From the human T2T-CHM13v2.0 reference genome, Homo sapiens, in NCBI RefSeq assembly GCF_009914755.1, contig NC_060941.1: a DNA stretch of 64,000 bases, one strand, 5' to 3'. Positions 59,617-64,000 of the stretch are shown here, one piece after another. The stretch's first letter is position 1; every line of letters starts with the position of its first letter. Below the pieces are notes generated by a model, which saw only the letters and a list, made by a program, of their open reading frames with translations, did not search any database and was not told where the DNA came from. The position numbers were made by a program, and so were the translations under genes.

Positions 59617-60389
59617 TCAAACTCGAGTCAACCAAATCCACAAAGCAGTGACAAGTCTACCACGGTACCTCTTAGAGCTACGCACATCTTGTTCTAACTC
59701 CAGTTCCCGGCGCTGGCTTCCCCCACAGCATGTGTGAACTTTCTCACACGCATCCGCTCCTCTCCACTCCCAAGTTCCAGGACTGTGGTGATGCAATGAG
59801 AATGAGTGTGAGAATTGTGGCAATGCAATGAGTGTGAAACCCACGTATCAAATACCACGAATGCCCGTGTCTTCCCATAGTTCCCTGTACACGATTCGGA
59901 TCCAATGCACAGTCCTACCTGCCTTCCCAGCTACACAGTCCCCACTGCACACTCAGCCTCAGCCAGCTTGGCTCGTGGGCTTTACCATAGTTTTCAGTGT
60001 CCAGCTTCCCTACCTTTGCCCAGGTGGATCTCTCCTCTGTTCTTCATGGCTTCGAGGGTCAGCTTACAGGTGTCTCTCTCCTTCATGAAGGCCTCCTCAA
60101 TTGCTGTCCTCCTCCAAATGTCCACACGATAGGATCTGTACCATTTAGAGAATTCATTGCTTTCTCCCTCGCTGTCACAGTTGGGTACATATCTGTCAAG
60201 CAGGAAAGGCCTTCAACAGTCTGACCACAGGACCTGCATGAAGTAGGTAGTCACTGAGGCTTGTAGAATGATGAACAAAGAACGAATGAATGAAATTTCT
60301 AATCACCCATTAGCCTGTATACTTGAAGTGTCTGGGGTAGAGTGACTAAGTGACTTTTATTTTTGTGTGTATATTAATAGAAGATTACT

Positions 60390-60982
<593 letters not shown>

Positions 60983-61255
60983 CATAGAAGATTTCAACAG
61001 ACGTAATTCCACCAGAGCAGTAAGTTAAAATTCGTCTCCTGAAGTAACTTACTCATCACCAAGACTCCAGGTCTGTGCTGAGTGCAGCCCATTGACAAAG
61101 TGTAACCAGATGAACACACACACTGATCTCATAATTAGCATCTCACAGGGTGCGGCTCCCACATCACCACCACCTGGAGCACATGCCGAAAATGCGGAGG
61201 CCCAGATCCAAGCCAAGCTAGAGCGTCAGAGCCTTCGGGGGTCGGAGCAAGGAGC

Positions 61256-61495
61256 CAGTGTGATCTCGGCTCACCGCAATCTCTGCCTCCCGGGTTCAAG
61301 TGATTCTCCTGCCTCAGCCTCCCAAGTAGCTGGGACTACAGGTGCCCACCACCACGCCCGGCTAATTTTTGTATTTTTAGTGGAGACGGGTTTTCACCGT
61401 GTTAGCCAGGATGGTCTCCATCTCCTGACCTGGTGATCCGCCCGCCTCGGCCTCCCAAAGTGCTGGGATTACAGGCGTGTGCCACTGCGCCCACC
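61256..61495 (-). mobile_element. Truncated AluS
   Basis: Alu consensus. Confidence 0.88.
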
Positions 61496-62363
61496 TATAA
61501 TCTTGATACCAACAGAAATTGTATATTCCTGTCACATTACAGCTACCGCAGGTATCTCAAAATATAATGTAAGCTCATCACCACTTTGGAAGTAGGGTAG
61601 TTATTAGACCTGCTGCTTTAAGGCATTAATAAAGATATACAAACATCTCTATATAAATTTTTAAAAACATTCTGATTGTTAGATTTCAATGTAATTGATT
61701 TTTATAAACTTTTATTGTTTAAAAATAAGCTGATAGACGGTTGGGAAAACGGGGCATAACAAGCAGAGGAAAATGCTAACAGCAGAAACTAGGTGGTGGG
61801 CAGACCGGTGTTCACTGTAGAATTCGACTTTTCTGTATGTGTGAACATTTTCGTAATGCAACGTTTGGGAAAATACCTGACAAGGGGTTGCTGGACCACC
61901 AAAAGGATCTACAGCCCACCGAACAGTCAGAAACCCCTAACCTAGAGGTACTGGTGTCCTTAACCAGCTAGCCAATCCAGTCAGTTCTTCATCCGGGAGC
62001 CAAAAGACCCCAGGCCTGGGTATCCCAATTCCACTTAGGCTGGCAGCCTTTTGCCAGACTAAGAAATCAAAAAGGTTTGCAGCACCAAAGTGAGCCAGTG
62101 GTGTTTTCTCTCACTCATCCCAGCACTCCAACCTTAGCCTCAGATCTCACAGCTCTAAAGAGAGGAAAGATCACGCCGAGAAACCAAAGCCAAGAGCTCG
62201 AAAACGTCTGGCAGTTCTGGGAAGGACTAGTCCAGACCCCCCTCTCGGCCCTGGACAGAAGATGAGGCATCCACAGAGACCACACCTTCAGTCCCCCTGA
62301 CTACTGTGCCCCCAGGACTGCAACTGGCTGCGGGGTCCTAGGAGATGGTTAACCAGGAATCTC

Positions 62364-62946
<583 letters not shown>

Positions 62947-63534
62947 CTACCCCAGAAGCGGGGAGCAGCTCAGAAAAAGCTAATGAGAAAATACCAGGGT
63001 CATGTTGTTTGAACTGGACAAGAAAGAAAAAGCATAGAGGAAAAAAAAAAAAAGTCATCTTAATTCATGGAAAAATACATGGCCTTGCCAACAGTCAAAG
63101 AAAAGTAAAACTGAAACTATAATTATATACCCATTAAGCAAACAAATTAAGTAAAAATGGAGATTCCAGAACAAGTTCACGCTGCTGATAACCACATAAA
63201 GTGGTCCGGTCTTTCTGGAAAGCACTTCGGCACTGCAGAGCAATTACAAAAAGTTTTTAATTCCACTCTTGGAAAAAGCTAAAAGGGCTTCTTTACAAAT
63301 TGTGATTAATTCCCCAAAGATTATGTTAGCCCAAGATGATACCCTTCCCTCTATTCCCCCACCTGACCCCCAGCATTTAGCAGCAGCATTTAGCTTCTGA
63401 CATGCATTCCTTGAAAACGGTCACAAATGGCAGAAGATACCATCTTATTTATGCAACCCCCCTCAAAAAAAAAAACCTTTGTACTTAGATATAAATATAT
63501 ATAAATACTTAGAGATGCACAGAATATGGTTTGG

Positions 63535-63805
63535 TTTTCTTTCTTTTCTTTTTTTTGAGACAGAGTCTTGCTCTGTCACCCAGGCTGTAGTGCAATGGCA
63601 CAATCTTGGCTCACTGCAACATCCCCCTCCCGTGTTCAAGCGATTCTCCTGCCTCAGCCTCCCAAGGAGGTGGGATTACAGGCGCCTGCCACAACGCCAG
63701 GCTAATTTTTGCATTTTTAGTAGAGACAGGGTGTCACCATGTTGGGCAAGCTGGTCTCGAACTCCTGACCTCAGGTGATCCACCCACCTCGGCCTCCCAA
63801 AGTGC
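63535..63805 (-). mobile_element. AluS
   Basis: Alu consensus. Confidence 0.9.
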
Positions 63806-64000
63806 CCGGCTCAGAATATGGGTTTGGAAAGATACACGTTAAACCAGGTCATCTCAGCCTCTGAGGAAGAGCATTGAATGAAGCAAGGTTGCGACAAAGG
63901 CAAATTTTCACTTTTTACTGATTTCACTATGAGAAATGTACCTATTACTCATGTACTTTACAAAATTTGCTCCCACTAATAAAAAAACAAAGCAAGTCAA

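Overview
Human genomic DNA from the 17p13.2 cluster CTNS - TAX1BP3 - EMC6 - P2RX5, dense in Alus. It contains CTNS coding exons 4-12 (+), complete TAX1BP3 (-), EMC6 (+, head-to-head with TAX1BP3) and complete P2RX5 (-). I checked all exon boundaries and phases by hand, and they sum to the protein lengths I recall for each gene. The P2RX5 allele carries two lesions in cis: a 1-nt deletion in exon 3 (71 nt instead of 72, the LRH-1-negative frameshift) and a GT>GG change at the exon 10 donor. The most novel observation is that an upstream out-of-frame AUG opens a stop-free -1 frame through spliced exons 1-3, and the exon 3 deletion joins that frame to the native P2X5 frame. The nominal null allele could therefore encode a chimeric protein of about 438 aa; this is untested inference. 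Other items: a full-length RPL21 retrocopy with an intact ORF in TAX1BP3 intron 1, the CTNS-LKG exitron, a strong-Kozak uORF in EMC6, large intronic VNTRs, a solo LTR12 inserted inside an Alu, and a probable Alu-Alu gene conversion. I found no new multi-gene system. Most ORFs in the supplied track are Alu, VNTR or GC-rich artefacts. Repeat boundaries are approximate, and comparisons with reference proteins are from memory, not from a search.
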